Below, one piece after another: positions 10,401 through 22,299 of a stretch of DNA of 64,000 bases. How positions within the stretch are numbered: the first letter of the stretch is position 1; each line of letters opens with the position of its first letter. Location: positions 1,674,001-1,738,000 of the forward strand of contig OX337237.1 of NCBI GenBank assembly GCA_946965045.2. Reading direction: 5' to 3'. The notes beneath the pieces were generated by a model. The model was not told the DNA's origin and did not search any database. It was given only the letters and a program-made list of their open reading frames with translations. A program made the position numbers and the translations under genes. Source of the stretch: Epithemia pelagica (Eukaryota; Protista; Bacillariophyta).

Positions 10401-12182
10401 TTCGTGACGTGCTGTCAGACTTTGGTCCGGTGGAGTTTTCGTTTCCCTGCTCATAGAGGGTTTGTGCAGTGGTCGAACAGGAATACTAAAGTTTGTTTCT
10501 GTATGTGCATCGAGATCGTCGTCTACAGCTTGATGGCTGGGTCCAGAAGGCCTCACAGACGCCAACTGAGGCACAGCTTTGATTGCTGATGATGCCGTTT
10601 CGACCGTTGCACTGTACAGTTTGTTCACGCGTCCAGCGACTGACTCTTCCATGTCGGCCAAAGAATCCAGTCCTCCTTCGATCCTCCTCCACAGCCGAGT
10701 CCAGCGACGTGATGAGGGTTGTTGCTGAGGTGGTGGTTGTCTCTGTGGAAAACGAGCGACACCCTGAGGAACTGATCCCCACTGCTGCCGATGGTTTGGA
10801 TTTTGTTGCATGGGACGTTGAGGGCGATGCCCTGGTCGGCTGGTTTGTTGGTGGTGGTGTTGCGGGTAGACGTGGGGTCGGAAAACATCCTGTCTAGGCT
10901 GTGTTTGGCCGTCTTGCCGGGGACCCAGTGGATGCGTGTGCGAAGTTTGTGGATGTGCTCCTGCTGTACCAGTTGTGTATAGTCTCTGCTGAGTTGTTGG
11001 TCGATCTTGCTCTTTGAATTGAGGAGGAGGTGGCGGTTGGAATTCGTTGGTTTGTGGATTGATTCGTGAACCTTCCGTTTCAGCTGCGCGGGCATCACCG
11101 TCCCATGAACCACCATGTGAATGTGCAACAGTGCCTGGTGGGTCTGGCTTCCAAACGCCATGGTCCACTACGATCGGATTGATCACCGAGTCATTACTAG
11201 TTCCACCGGACAAAGACTTCTTGGTGATTGAGTTTTCCCATGCGGTCGCTGGAGAGGTGGATTCTGAATCTTTCCCATCAACTTGATGCTTCTGCGATAT
11301 CGCTTTTGGTTCCGTGAGATGCCCATGGATATTCTCCACGCTTGTTCCATCTCCAGAGTTCGAAGTTGGCGGCTGTTGGTGTCCATTCACGCTGTCAGCT
11401 CCGCTTGGAGCAATTCCCTCCAATCGATTAGAAGATTCATGGGGTCCTGTTCCCCCCTGTTCACCTGGAACTAGAACCTGAATCGGAGGTGGAGGCGGTG
11501 GTCTCCGATCAACTGGTTCGTCACCTATGGACCGATCCTCCTGCTTTGCACCCAACGAGGGTGAAGTGGTTCCTTGTTCGGTCCCAGACGAGAGAACTGT
11601 GTTTCGCTCTGAGCCCAATTCTGGTTTCGAACCACGGACATTGGTGAGATTTTTGTTTCTCCAATCATCTACGGAGAAGTTTTTGCCCAAAGCAATTGGG
11701 CTTGGATCTTTGGTTTTCGTTTGGAATGTTCTCGCATCGAATGGTGAACCGTTTGACAGGTCTGGTCTCGACTCACTGCTTCTCTGCAACGGTACTCGGA
11801 GGTTTTCCGACGTTGCTGCATGAACATGAGAATGCACTCGAGGAGGAGGTCGGACGAGAACGCCCGATTCGCCATCAGGAGCAGGTTTCAAAGGCCCTGG
11901 GTTCTCCTGCAAAGTTTTCAGTCCCAAAATGCTCTCCCCTGGACTCTGTATTGTAGCCGTCATGTCGTTGTTGATACCAGTCTGGAATGGTTCACTGTCT
12001 TTCTTGTCTCCAGTCTTGTTCGTTTCTGATGGGACAGTCGGATTATGCGGCCGTTGTACTTGAAGTGGAGGAGGAGGTTGGTGAACAACGCCTGGAGGAG
12101 ATGATGCGCCACTCTGCGCAGCAGGAAGTCTGCACCATTGGAATAGTAGGATTGCTCTTGCCAGGTGTGTTATGGTCGTCAT
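7464..12182 (-). CDS. Large ABC-ATPase-domain membrane protein with a long disordered N-terminus
   Basis: Intronless 1582-codon ORF (ATG 12182). Walker A GDDGSGKT, Walker B LLLLDD, typical tail ADRVVVLRDGVVVETGSHNELL, hydrophobic segments in the middle, possible N-terminal signal peptide. Confidence 0.8.
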   Translation of the reverse strand: MTTITHLARAILLFQWCRLPAAQSGASSPPGVVHQPPPPLQVQRPHNPTVPSETNKTGDKKDSEPFQTGINNDMTATIQSPGESILGLKTLQENPGPLKPAPDGESGVLVRPPPRVHSHVHAATSENLRVPLQRSSESRPDLSNGSPFDARTFQTKTKDPSPIALGKNFSVDDWRNKNLTNVRGSKPELGSERNTVLSSGTEQGTTSPSLGAKQEDRSIGDEPVDRRPPPPPPIQVLVPGEQGGTGPHESSNRLEGIAPSGADSVNGHQQPPTSNSGDGTSVENIHGHLTEPKAISQKHQVDGKDSESTSPATAWENSITKKSLSGGTSNDSVINPIVVDHGVWKPDPPGTVAHSHGGSWDGDARAAETEGSRINPQTNEFQPPPPPQFKEQDRPTTQQRLYTTGTAGAHPQTSHTHPLGPRQDGQTQPRQDVFRPHVYPQHHHQQTSRPGHRPQRPMQQNPNHRQQWGSVPQGVARFPQRQPPPQQQPSSRRWTRLWRRIEGGLDSLADMEESVAGRVNKLYSATVETASSAIKAVPQLASVRPSGPSHQAVDDDLDAHTETNFSIPVRPLHKPSMSRETKTPPDQSLTARHELMRKQQAKDELQRQDNKSSVDTNNEDTQSEKKIDWNQLTSGKTKRPILATGGASSVPVPNPNDVDPRTSYSSGQFQGHQPSPPFQSPTSNTFSSNVDSNIRDDHRRKVQAMLQNTGAPTPSTGSSSSRQQEGGHTHKASAAKRYSFEDDDEDSTGWTGKLVGLLPRIPSLNILRLRQSSYQDYAATMDAWSAEDGESERGLSFLGFGRRKRSRAVFDVSPGTSKEKDSPRITSTVDALKGRSHEWQTATLLKDFERKRCVVHGRNRALFDLASLVFGLQAAREFFKISSQISVPSGSFSIEGAMLMGEKLVDGWFPYAATGTFLAIVTNVLLLERANSAISSSVANQVSREAEYGSLFLRLVLSIPTKKHVVQKVAATARAQAAATIEATRLSTFVICLVVSLVVTTLSFLQPLLIAAGKTFIEIVSIEDWRSWPIPWQSLWGVVRKHIMELLLVAKSVVAEELNLLLQQPFRYAGESSLLIAMVLVTLIPRFEMSRKPVGTSSASEEEDAVQYSHEKQTDNVWNLGSSSASRLQLVSKRFELDEFLERWRTSTPVVVPRRAATSERSPLFIGLYGTLGGLLLCVPLVVFAATGVLDDVSQGNLLVRWHSLREVAAVLVVLQALFLSAIGRAVEASVSKKTIAPFLSSFLSAVDERAKQIAAPPANLQLQASISPTAGIVVRDMWTAHSKRRAWAVHGANLSCRSGEVVVVLGDDGSGKTRLMASLAEAIVHPPKQAQTVVHVRGSISLGGLDVTKWDPNHLRRRVGLMLNDVRTVADFSRALSGLSIEEILEPSDGLHLQSPSQPTGSKGSGCMALALKMTGLDSSLLPRLSSKLATVVTANEEDLEPSPLRPHYCILSSVEWSKLLLARVLCQTMYDNESAAATNDRVENSLLGSLLLLDDATVPFSETDEGPLFRNLRSSMAATILTSTRWATGRWADRVVVLRDGVVVETGSHNELLSRGPQHSLYAAKWAAMT

Positions 12183-12664
12183 TCTGGGCAACGGCTCTCG
12201 GATATTATGCAACTGTCATGTCGATCCACAGATGTCAAAAATGTTTGTGTGTTTGCAGTTGGCTCGTGAGATGGATGCACAGTGGGTATCTACGGCTTGC
12301 CACGTGGAAGATTGAGATTTCAACCCAGACGACGACCATGGTTTTTGTCGAAAGTACATTCGAAGAGGAACGCACCACAACGACGGATTGTACTCTTAAT
12401 CCAATTCCATGGTAAGTTACAAGATGGTGGACACTTCGATCGAGTACAATTCCAAGTCTCTTAATCAACCTAGCATAAAGGCATCTAAAGACATGTACGG
12501 CTCAAAGAGTTTATTGGTGTGATAAGGCAAGTTCTGGAAATGAAACAGGCATGGTTCTATATTGGAGAACTCGAGAGTCCACTGCTGTAAGGTATACTGG
12601 TCATCTTGAAGTGATTACTGCGTTCCATCGCATCGTTCAAAGCAACAATAGCATAACCAGTTGC

Positions 12665-13126
12665 TTACTCGCTAGCACCAGTAACCTCCACCTTGGCCAT
12701 CATCTCAGCAATCTTAGCTTCCAAACGTTCTTCTGCTTCGCTTTCCAACTTTTGGATTTCAGATTCGTAGTCCTTTTCTTCCCATCCTTCAGTGGGCTTC
12801 CATTCAGCCGACAAGCTAGTAGTTTGACTTACACCGAATCTGCAAGAACATGAACCAGGGATTAAATGACTGTGAGAAATCTTGTGGTCATTGCTCTATA
12901 CCACAAAGTTGGCATGTACGATAAGCGATTAAATGATCGAAGCGCACCAGAGAGTGCAACAAGAGACCAAAAACACAAGAACTCATACACGGGAACCTGT
13001 ATAACAGAGAACCATGCAAGGGGTCAACGGGCACTGCGACACGTAGCTCGAAACTGACCTCGCGGAAGGAGCGAACGCCGATGCTGATGCGAAAAGAGCA
13101 AAGAGGACAAGAACTTGCTTCATCAT
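12665..13126 (-). CDS. 80-aa plastid-targeted protein (2 exons), not in the ORF track
   Basis: Exons 13126..13059 and 12839..12665 with a GT-AG intron give MMKQVLVLFALFASASAFAPSARFGVSQTTSLSAEWKPTEGWEKKDYESEIQKLESEAEERLEAKIAEMMAKVEVTGASE. It has a signal peptide plus the diatom ASA-FAP motif. Confidence 0.85.
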
Positions 13127-14057
13127 GGTCTCAGATTATTTTCAACAGCGGCAATCAATTGAACAAGAGCAGTGTAAAAGACCCCAGTGCCCAGTTGCGC
13201 TCTTTGGTCCAAGGACACCACGTTGTACCGTAAGTGCGTAAGTCGTCGAGCGACGTGATTTCCCCAACGCGCGCATAGGTTTTGGAGCACCAATATCCAA
13301 GCACACAGTTCCATGCATCGCGCTTGGGATGAGGTCAAAAATGAAACGCATGCGAGACCACGCGTCTCGCGTAGTTGCATTTTAGGGTTGACCGATGCCC
13401 CAAATATGAAATATGAAAAGGGGGCCGTCTGGTCAAATTATGTGTATCATCGTTATACTAGTGTACGTTGAAAAAGTTGCAACACGTCACTGTGTGCACC
13501 CCTAAATTAATGTCGCATACGTCACACGTGGCGAGAAGAAGAGCAAGGTAGAAGTCGCGAAAGATACTTCCTTTCGTTCACCTTTCTCATCCTCCCTCCT
13601 GCCGAAGGTTCCTGCATTCCAACGTCGGGTCTACAAGTAAAACAGGAAAGGTAAGAGCCGTAAGAATGGTGGTGTTGATATCCGCGCTAAGGTGGAAGAT
13701 TCCGGCAGAAGTGCTTTGGCCGATTTGAGCAAGCACTTGATGGGACAAGAGATGTGAACCAACAGCGAACCCAGTTGTCATGAGGGACACACGGCGCTCA
13801 AATTTGCGACAGAGAGCGTCTTGGCGCTTGAATCTGATTTCACAGAGGGGCTTGTTGGACCTCCAATGGATCACGCCTGTCAGTGGCAGTCATGAGTCAA
13901 GCCCTCGTAGACAGCTTCTCTTACTATTGAGCGCGAAAGAAGTCTCGGCGTCCTTTTGAGTATGACTTGATAGAACTTTTGTGAACAAGTTCATAATTGG
14001 GACCGCATACATCATAATGCTTGAAACTTACACTCTTTTTGTGTTTCTTGTTTTCAG

Positions 14058-14696
14058 ATGGCTGCAATTTGGGCTCGTTACAACGCCATGTTGGAGGCTC
14101 AGCCTCTTTTGACCAAGGCGCTCACGTCGCTCACGGGATTCACAGTTGGTGATGTTCTCGCACAATCTTTTATCGAAGAAGGTGACAAACCATATGACAT
14201 TATGCGTACAGTCAGATTGGGTTCATTTGGTTTCTTGATTCATGGAACGACGGGTCATTACTTTTATGGATTCCTTGATTCCAAGCTTCCAGGAACAAAG
14301 CCATTGACTGTCGCAACAAAAGTGGCCATTGACCAGACCATTTGGAACCCCATCTTTGGATGCATGTTCTTTGGTTATCTGAATTTCATGGAAGGCAAGA
14401 CGGTTGACGAATACGTTAACAAGTTGAAGGCCGACTTGAAGACAGCTGTCATGGTATGTTTACAGGGGAAAGATTTGAATGATTTCATGGTGGGAATCTT
14501 CAGTACTAACAAAATTCAATTTGATTCGGTTCAATGATAGGGATCTTGGGCCGTGTGGGTGCCTGCTCATACTATCAATTTCGCTTTCATCCCATCCAGC
14601 CAACGTCTGCTTTACATCAATACCATTCAAATTGGATACAACGTTTTCCTTTCGTTTCTTGGAAACAAGAAGGTTGAAGAGAAGAAGGAAGAGTAA
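14058..14696 (+). CDS. Mpv17/PMP22 family membrane protein (2 coding exons)
   Basis: PLLTKALTS..GDVLAQ, RTVRLGSFG, KVAIDQTIWNP. After intron 14454..14540 comes GSWAVWVPAHTINFAFIP..LYIN. The ATG directly follows a CAG acceptor, so an upstream exon is likely. Confidence 0.9.
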
Positions 14697-15338
14697 GGAT
14701 GCGACGTCTCATGGAAAAACAGAGCCACGCTGAACAATTCGTTGTCCTCCATGTTGACGTTGGACGGTGTGATTAGATGTTGTTTTGAGTTCGAAGCTCG
14801 TCGTGGATGATGTACTTACGAGCTGACCATGTGAGATACGGCATGGACGGAAACACACAATAGGATCGTAACGTATATAAGGGAAGTGTGTACATTCTTT
14901 TAGAATTCAAAGCGTAACTAGCTAGTGTTCCAAATGAAATTCTTCACTTTTATTACCAATTATCGTTCGCTTGGATATCGACGAAGGTGAGAGTCGAATA
15001 TGAACCAGTGATAATATAATGAAACTGCTAGTAGAACGGGTATTATTCATGTTTTTCTAATTCTCATCGTGCAGATCGCTGCCCTCATTTTTCTCTCTGT
15101 CTATCGGCCTTGCGCAAAATTCTTTTTGAGCGTCAGAATTCGCAGTCACACGAAGCAATCTGATTCCAGGTGGAGTACGGTCCCCTTGCCATTCTAACAG
15201 ACAGACAACATACAAAGTGTCCCAAGGAGAATGAAGGCGGCATTCTTCGTGTATTAAATGGCATATTTCAAGTTCACAAGTGTCGCATGTATTCAATGTT
15301 CTTTGTGGGGAAGCATAACAGGAACAAAAACTGCAGAG

Positions 15339-17026
15339 TTATGAAGCAGCCTGTGGCTGACGCAAAATGTCTGCAAACGACCGCCCCCCTCCCCAAACAG
15401 GAGCTTTCACAGAAACCGATGCACTGGTGTCCGATGTGACCTCTTTCTGGACTTCCTTAATCTCGGTAACGGTGTCTGGGGATATTGGTTCCGATGGCTG
15501 GTTCTCTGGTTTGGACGCTTCACTTCGGCTTGGTTCGTCAGGCTTCACTGTTTTCAAAGCAGCTGCATATCCAATCTTCTTGGGTCCTGGTTCAGTGCTT
15601 GATGAAGTTGTTGTTGCTGTTGAGGCGGAATCGGAGCACATCTTCGACGATTTGAGCTCCGTATCTTCATCGTCTTCCACCAGCTTCTCGTCCTTATCGA
15701 CAATTATCTTGTCAGTTGCGTTCGTCATTTTCTCGCTCTTATCTTCTTGCATTGGAGCTGCGGTTTCCCACTCGACTCTGTTATCCAGAAGAGTGGGGAA
15801 ATTGTCTTCGCTGAGCGCTGGGGGTGGAGGGACAATGTTCTTCTTCTTGGAAGGCGTAGAGTTCGGTGAGGGGTTAGGAGATGAACCTTTCTTGTTGCCG
15901 TTGTTATTATTGTTGTTGCCGTTCTTCTTTTTCGATTTCGACTTCTTTTTTCTTCTATTTTGCTCAGAGGAATTGTACTTATTCATACCCATCTGCTGCA
16001 TCTTCTTTGGGTCCATTTGTAGTTCCGAAGAGGTCATCCAGGGTGCTGGATCAATCGGTACACTCGATGCGGCAACGGAGGTCTTTATACGAGCGTGGAC
16101 AGGATATCCGGCCAGCATCTCACTCCGCAGTTGTAGTAGTACGGCCATTACGTCAGATCGGCTTGCGGTATCAAGTTCAACAAACCTGTCATGTCAAAAA
16201 GAAAAATAATGTGAGGCAAACGAAATCGCAACACCGCAGCTGTAAGAGCCGCATTGTACACGTACCAACAGTTCGCTACATCAGGAGTAATACTGATTAC
16301 GCGAGGACAACCTTCATATTGAAACAACGCATGAATTTGTTCCGCGGTAACCTCGGGCGCAACGTCACGCATCACAATTGCATTTGCAAACTCGGAAGAA
16401 GACGAGGATGATAGTTGTGTGCTCAGATCAACAATAGGTTCATTGTTCACAGTTCCGATCGCGACAATGGTATTTGGTGAGGAAGACTTTTCGTCTTGAC
16501 TGTCCTCTTCCTTGCTGACAATTTGCTTCCCAGTCTTGGTATCAATGTTTGCAACACACAGTTTCGTGCTGTACTGCCTAGCAGCATCCTGGACAGCCTG
16601 CCTTCGGGTCGGCTCGTCCACGATTCCTGCAGAGGCAAGGAGAATTCCTTTCACTTTGGTGAAGTTGGCAAGGATTGACACCGGGATACAACCATCATTC
16701 AGGTTCCGCAGAGTTTGAACATATGTATCCTTGGATAAATTTTTCGCTGAAAGGTAGTACTCAAGTTGGCGAGCAAGCTGAGAAAGCATAAACGAAATTA
16801 CTTCTTGGTCAACGACATAACCCTCATGCATATTTTCAGACGATTTCTGAATTGTTGCAGGTTCCTTCGTTGAAGTACCTTCCATCTGAGGTTCTAGCGA
16901 TTCATCGGCTTTTCGATGATGTGTTGAGCTGTCACAATTCGAATCAGCCGATTTGCTCTTCACTTCCTCGTCCACCGCAGATGGATCTCTTGTAACTTGC
17001 TCGGAGGCACTGGTTATTTCCGACAT
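15339..17026 (-). CDS. La-related RNA-binding protein (La motif + RRM, LARP4-like), 2 exons
   Basis: La motif LARQLEYYLSAKNLSKDTY..IPVSILANFTKVK. The RRM is split by intron 16265..16186, joining ANCW to FVELD..HARIK in frame. Confidence 0.85.
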
Positions 17027-18159
17027 GTTGATGGAGGTTGCAATGGAAAACTCCTATCAAACAACAACAAACGGTGGGCCAATCAAACCTATGGGAGGTC
17101 GTCGTTGAGCTTGTTGAGTTTGCGAAACCTTTCCACACCCTTCAAATGCGACTACGTCGGTGTACATCGGATGTACCTTTCGTCACGTGAATCCCTCAGT
17201 TCAACTTAAGTCCTATCTGGTTCATCGATTTTATTCATCAAACTTTATTAAGACCAATCGTACTGCACAGATGAGTTGTGGGAATAGGTCACACCCTTTC
17301 CGTGACTGGAAAGGATCCAAGACCCGGGAAGTTTCAATGCCAAATGGATCCGCGACTGCGATTCAATATCTTCGTCAATCGTCAACTCGGAGGTGGAGTA
17401 CGTACCATCATGCAGACCAGCAGTGGCATCCACCTCCACCTCCACCCTCCACCACCACCATCACGTTGACTTGAGCCAGTCAAAAGTACAAATGCAGCAG
17501 AGTAATGAAGACTATTTAATAAACCGCACTTACGCGCATGGAACCGACAGGATTTCTTTACTGGCCAAAGCTTACTACATACATCCTTTGTCCTCTTTGT
17601 TCAACACGCCGCGATTATTGTTTTGTGAGGTGAAGGGAACGAAGAAATCTTCCCAGATCGATATGGGTTCTGTAGATGACTTGTTGGCTACGCTTGCTGC
17701 GCCTTTGGAAATAATGATGATGTGAGTCATAATGTTGTGATATAGGCCAGTTCGATTACGCCGAATGCCTACATGGTAGGAGTACAAGCATGTAGAAAGT
17801 CATTCGAGGGAAGGAAGAACTTAAACCACTAGAGTTTATTTAACCTATTGTCGAAGATTTACGTAGGACTTGATTGGTCAAGGAGAGGTTTGTGATGACA
17901 AGATCAGACTCTTTTGCGACGTGGTAGTGATAAATCTCACTTCATGGTTCATGGTCCACGTCTTGAGGCTTGACGCCCAAAAGCAAAAGGGACTTCGTCA
18001 GTTTTAATGCGACCAATCATCGCCGGGCACAACATTTCGTCAGATTTCCAATTTCCACCCATTTCTCCACCCATGACCCATGATGGCGTCACCTTGCCAA
18101 CAAACACCATAGACAATAGATGAAAATAAAAGGTACTCCTAACATAACAACTAGCAGAC

Positions 18160-19209
18160 ATGAACAGTGGAAGTGGAAGGCAGATTCATCAACGTTTCGT
18201 CCAAAACGTTGCTAGACTACTTCAGGAAAGCTGGGCCTTGACGAAACGGCTCCCTCAACTGGGAAACAGTAGTTGGCGAACCGAGTGTTTGGAATTAACA
18301 CAGAAACATGACAACCGATTAGCACTTCATATTTTAAAGCTGGACAAAGAGATTCATTTGATGCGCTATCATGGTGTATGGAACTACATGCAACAATATT
18401 ATCAACAAAGGAAATTGCAGCTTCAATCGGCACCTGCACTCCATTCCAACCACCTTTCTCAAGACATTCGACAACATTCCACAAAGGCATCATCACCACT
18501 TTCATCTCCTCAATCACAAACGTCCTCGTCGCCTCTGAAGCAGGGCAAGAAAGCCAAAATTCCTTTCGTTATTACAACATCCATGAAGCAAGCATTGGGA
18601 GACATGAACGAAGGTGGCTTGGGTTACACTGTGGATCAGATCAAGAAGCTTACACCTCTCAAGGCGACATTGTTGCTACAGCATCAAGTGGATCCGAAGG
18701 ACATGGAAAGTCGACTGCCACAATTAGTGTCGGATCACGAGAAGCAGGAGGAGGAGGAACAAAGACAACTGCAGGAACATCTGGAACTAGAACGACAGAA
18801 GTCTTTGCGCAAGACTGTACGTACGTCAACGACTGTTACGCATGAAAAAGTTGTGTGGTATCGGGTGGTTGAGGTGATGACGGAAAAATCAAAGGAATCT
18901 ATTCATGGAGAAACGACTGTTGTCGAAGAAGTGGTTGGTATGCACAAAACGTTGGAGCAAGCAGAGGAAGATCGCAGTTTGCGACAAGAACTGGCCCTTC
19001 GTAACGAACGTGAGTTCCCTCTTGCACCGAATCAACAACGAACATTCAAGGTCGTTTCTCCAGAACAACACGGAGCGAATAACCCTGGTGACGATCCTCA
19101 AACAGAAAACCAAAAGGAAAATGAGAACCAACATGAAACGAACGACGCCATTAGCCATCAACAAACAGAAAGCAAGGATCATACTGAGACGCGTTCCATT
19201 ACTGGTTGA
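18160..19209 (+). CDS. Hypothetical protein
   Basis: 349-aa ORF with ATG start, a coiled-coil segment and a structured-looking block IPFVITTSMKQAL..LGYTVDQIKKLTP. Confidence 0.6.
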   Translation: MNSGSGRQIHQRFVQNVARLLQESWALTKRLPQLGNSSWRTECLELTQKHDNRLALHILKLDKEIHLMRYHGVWNYMQQYYQQRKLQLQSAPALHSNHLSQDIRQHSTKASSPLSSPQSQTSSSPLKQGKKAKIPFVITTSMKQALGDMNEGGLGYTVDQIKKLTPLKATLLLQHQVDPKDMESRLPQLVSDHEKQEEEEQRQLQEHLELERQKSLRKTVRTSTTVTHEKVVWYRVVEVMTEKSKESIHGETTVVEEVVGMHKTLEQAEEDRSLRQELALRNEREFPLAPNQQRTFKVVSPEQHGANNPGDDPQTENQKENENQHETNDAISHQQTESKDHTETRSITG

Positions 19210-19443
19210 TATCTTTAGAGGCTCTCACAAACAGCAACAATTTTGCAAGTGAACGGAAACACTGGCGTTTTGCTGGTTAACCCTCACTTGCTAAACCTCA
19301 CATCTCCCAAATTCAGTTTGCTCCTTGATTGTTGGCATTCAATCCTCGATGATCTTCTTGCCGGCTGAAGTATTGTCTCTGATTTAGGTTTATGGCGAAA
19401 TGAGCGACGACGATTGTCCATACATAGTTTGCTGCATCTAGTT

Positions 19444-21764
19444 TCACTCATAGACATATTTCTTACTATGACGATCCTTCACATCTTCATCGGCCCGCCC
19501 GTCGATTTGTTCTCGGTAGGCAAATGCCTTGCTTGCAATCGCTCCACTGCGGAAATCGTCCAAGAATTGTGCCTTGTCCACCTTGCGTGATCTTCGAATA
19601 GTTTCTTCCCTGAGTTCCCGTGCCTTGCGTCGTTCGTTCAAGGCTTGTTGTACAATCTCACTGCCGCCGACACCCCATATTTCCATGGATTCAATCTCGA
19701 ACTGTTTGGCCGATGACGACGATGGACCGTTTCCAATACTGCTACTGCTGCGAATGCCCCCCGTTGGGTGACTGCTATTGCTGTGACTGGAAAAGGACGA
19801 TGACACATGATTCCGAGGAAGCAGTGATCCATTTTCAAAAGTCAAATCTTGACTGGCCGCCTGACATTCTTCCATGAGGTTTTCGGCTATGAACAATCGA
19901 GGTTGTTGCACCGTTCCACCAAAACCAATTCCATGTGCTTGTTGATCGTATCCTTTTGACCTCGCGTGAGAGTTGCAATACATGTAATTTTGGTCTCTTC
20001 CAGTGGGGCGATATACTGCCAAGGAATCGTACAGTTGAAACAAGAAGCAATCGGAATTACCATAGAAATCCTTTGTCTCTTTCCAGGTATGAGACGTAAA
20101 GGCACCGAATTCACCGCCCGATACGGATCTTATTAGCAACAGTGTGGGCCCACTGTAACCCAGCTAATGACGAAAAAGCGATGAGATAGCAAGGAAAGGA
20201 GAGAAAGAGAGATGAATGCGTGTAAGGATTGTGTTGAATCGACAACGAAGAATAGCTTTCTGGTCAACAACACAAACTGGGAGATCTAATACAAGACGCA
20301 AACAATGAAACTTACCAAAGCATTCAGGATGCGATTGAAGGACAGACCATCCGAGGCGGATGTATAGAGTCGAAAATAGGGCCCCATCAAAGCTGAGGAG
20401 GTGCACGCCAAGGCAAACAATCGCGGTCGATTGTCCAAAATGGAGGGCAATCGTTCTTCTTCTTCCTCATCCTCGTCGCCACTGACGGAAGGACGGTGAT
20501 TGGGAAATTCAAACGGTGTTCGTGTTGGTGGATGAGGCCGGCCCCAAAACAAGACATGAAACAAAAACGTGGGCAAAATGGCTGCAAAGAGAGGAGCCAC
20601 CACTTCGGACCATTCCACCACATCGGTCATTTCGATCGTGGCTGGGTCGTCATCCTTCCACCCAGCCTGGTTTTGCGTCAATATACCATGTCGATTGAGG
20701 CGAATCTTGGTCTTTTCCGTCAAGGAGTGTGCCATGGGAATCAACCCAGTCCGAAAGTCCGAGGAAGGTGCAAATTGTTTCAATAGGTCCTTGGATGCAA
20801 TGGTCAAGAGATCGATTTCGTCCTCTTCGTCTTTTCCATCATTCACTACATCCTCATATATGACGCTAGTGTTGTGATTCATATTCTGTATATTCTTCTT
20901 TTTTTCCAAGGCTTGAACAGCTTGTAAGAAGCCAGTGGCCAAGGCGAGTCGATAACCCATCTCCACAAGAGGTGCTGCTGGAATGGACCGATCTACGGAT
21001 TGTGGACTGGTCGACGTTGCTGTCGTAGTCGTCGATGACGGCTGTCGTTGTTGTTGTTGTTGTTGAAGGTGAACGGCATCAAACAAAACCTGCAAGGCAT
21101 GTTTGGATCCTCTTCGTGCCATATTGGCCATACCTTCAAACAAGTGTTCCAATCGAGCCTTACGCGTATACTCATCCACGGGTCCTGACCACGACGCTGG
21201 TTGTTGTTGTTGTGGTGGTGATGATGATGATGATTGCCCTGCCGGATTAGCCGTACTACTTGGACTGTCGCCGCTTCCATGATCTGTTGGTATGGTTGAA
21301 TACAGGGGGAGGTCTCCGGGTGCCTCACACGCAACTTGAAACAAGGAATTTCCCACATGCGTTCCATCCAAGATGAACTCTTCAACCATTTGAATCAGAG
21401 CACGACGTTCGTCTTGAGCTTTGGTTGAATTGGTGTTTGGCGAGGAGGATGCAGTGGTCGTGTCCTGCCTTGGTTGTTTTTGCTGTTTGCGATTTGGGGA
21501 AGAGCCATATCGTTCGGCCGCATACACATCTATGCCCATCATGCATTCGACGGCCCAATCCTGGAGGAACGAACGCGATGTGGTTGGTGCTGTGTTGCCA
21601 TTACTAGTCGTATCATTGTCGACAGCAGTGTAGGCGACCAACAATCGTTGGTAGGCACGATACAAGTGTCGCAATTCAGCATCGCCATAGGGGAATCGTT
21701 CACCCAACCATTTCAGGTCTGCTTGCTCATTGCTCAGGGCCGTCGAACTGGACGTCGTACCCAT
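19444..21764 (-). CDS. TLDc-domain protein (MEAK7/TLDC1-like), 2 exons
   Basis: Exons 21764..20316 and 20163..19444. TLDc motifs FRLYTSASDGLSFNR|LGYSGPTLLLIRS..FGAFT..W..FYGNSDCFLF..GIGFGG..EIESMEIWGVGG. The N-terminal MG suggests myristoylation. Confidence 0.88.
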
Positions 21765-22299
21765 GATGTTGAGAGATGAGAATTTTGACGTTACAGTCTT
21801 CCAAAACAATTCTGGATGTACTCCAATGCGAGCACAAGGATCAAGAGAAGAACACAACTCTTCCAGCACCATGTGCGAAATGGAAAATGGAATCGAAATG
21901 AAATCGGGAGTCGATTCTCCCGACCAATAAAAATGGATGTAAAAAAGTAAAAAATGAGCTCCATATTGGACAAAAAAAATGAAACACGATCTGTTTTGTG
22001 TTCAAATCTACGGAACCAAAAAAAGGACTTTTCGCCTATATTTATCGAAGTTAATGGCTCATTTTGGAAAATAAACTTTGATAATTCTCAGTTATAAGGA
22101 ATTTTCGCTTTTTTTGAGCAAACGTGATATGATTTTCGCGACCCACTTTTGCTTGCATCCCGGAACCACACACACACCTCTGCTTCTGCTTCCTCCATCC
22201 AAAAAATTATCAACCGCCAACGTCGTCCTTGGTGCAATCCCAGGTTTGTCTCTTTCATTTCCATCCTCGGTGGTGTGCAAGAAACAAACGCATTCAACC

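Noticed and set aside
17160-17474. Short ORFs between the La-protein gene and the 18160 gene
   Set aside because: No convincing start, splice pattern or motif.
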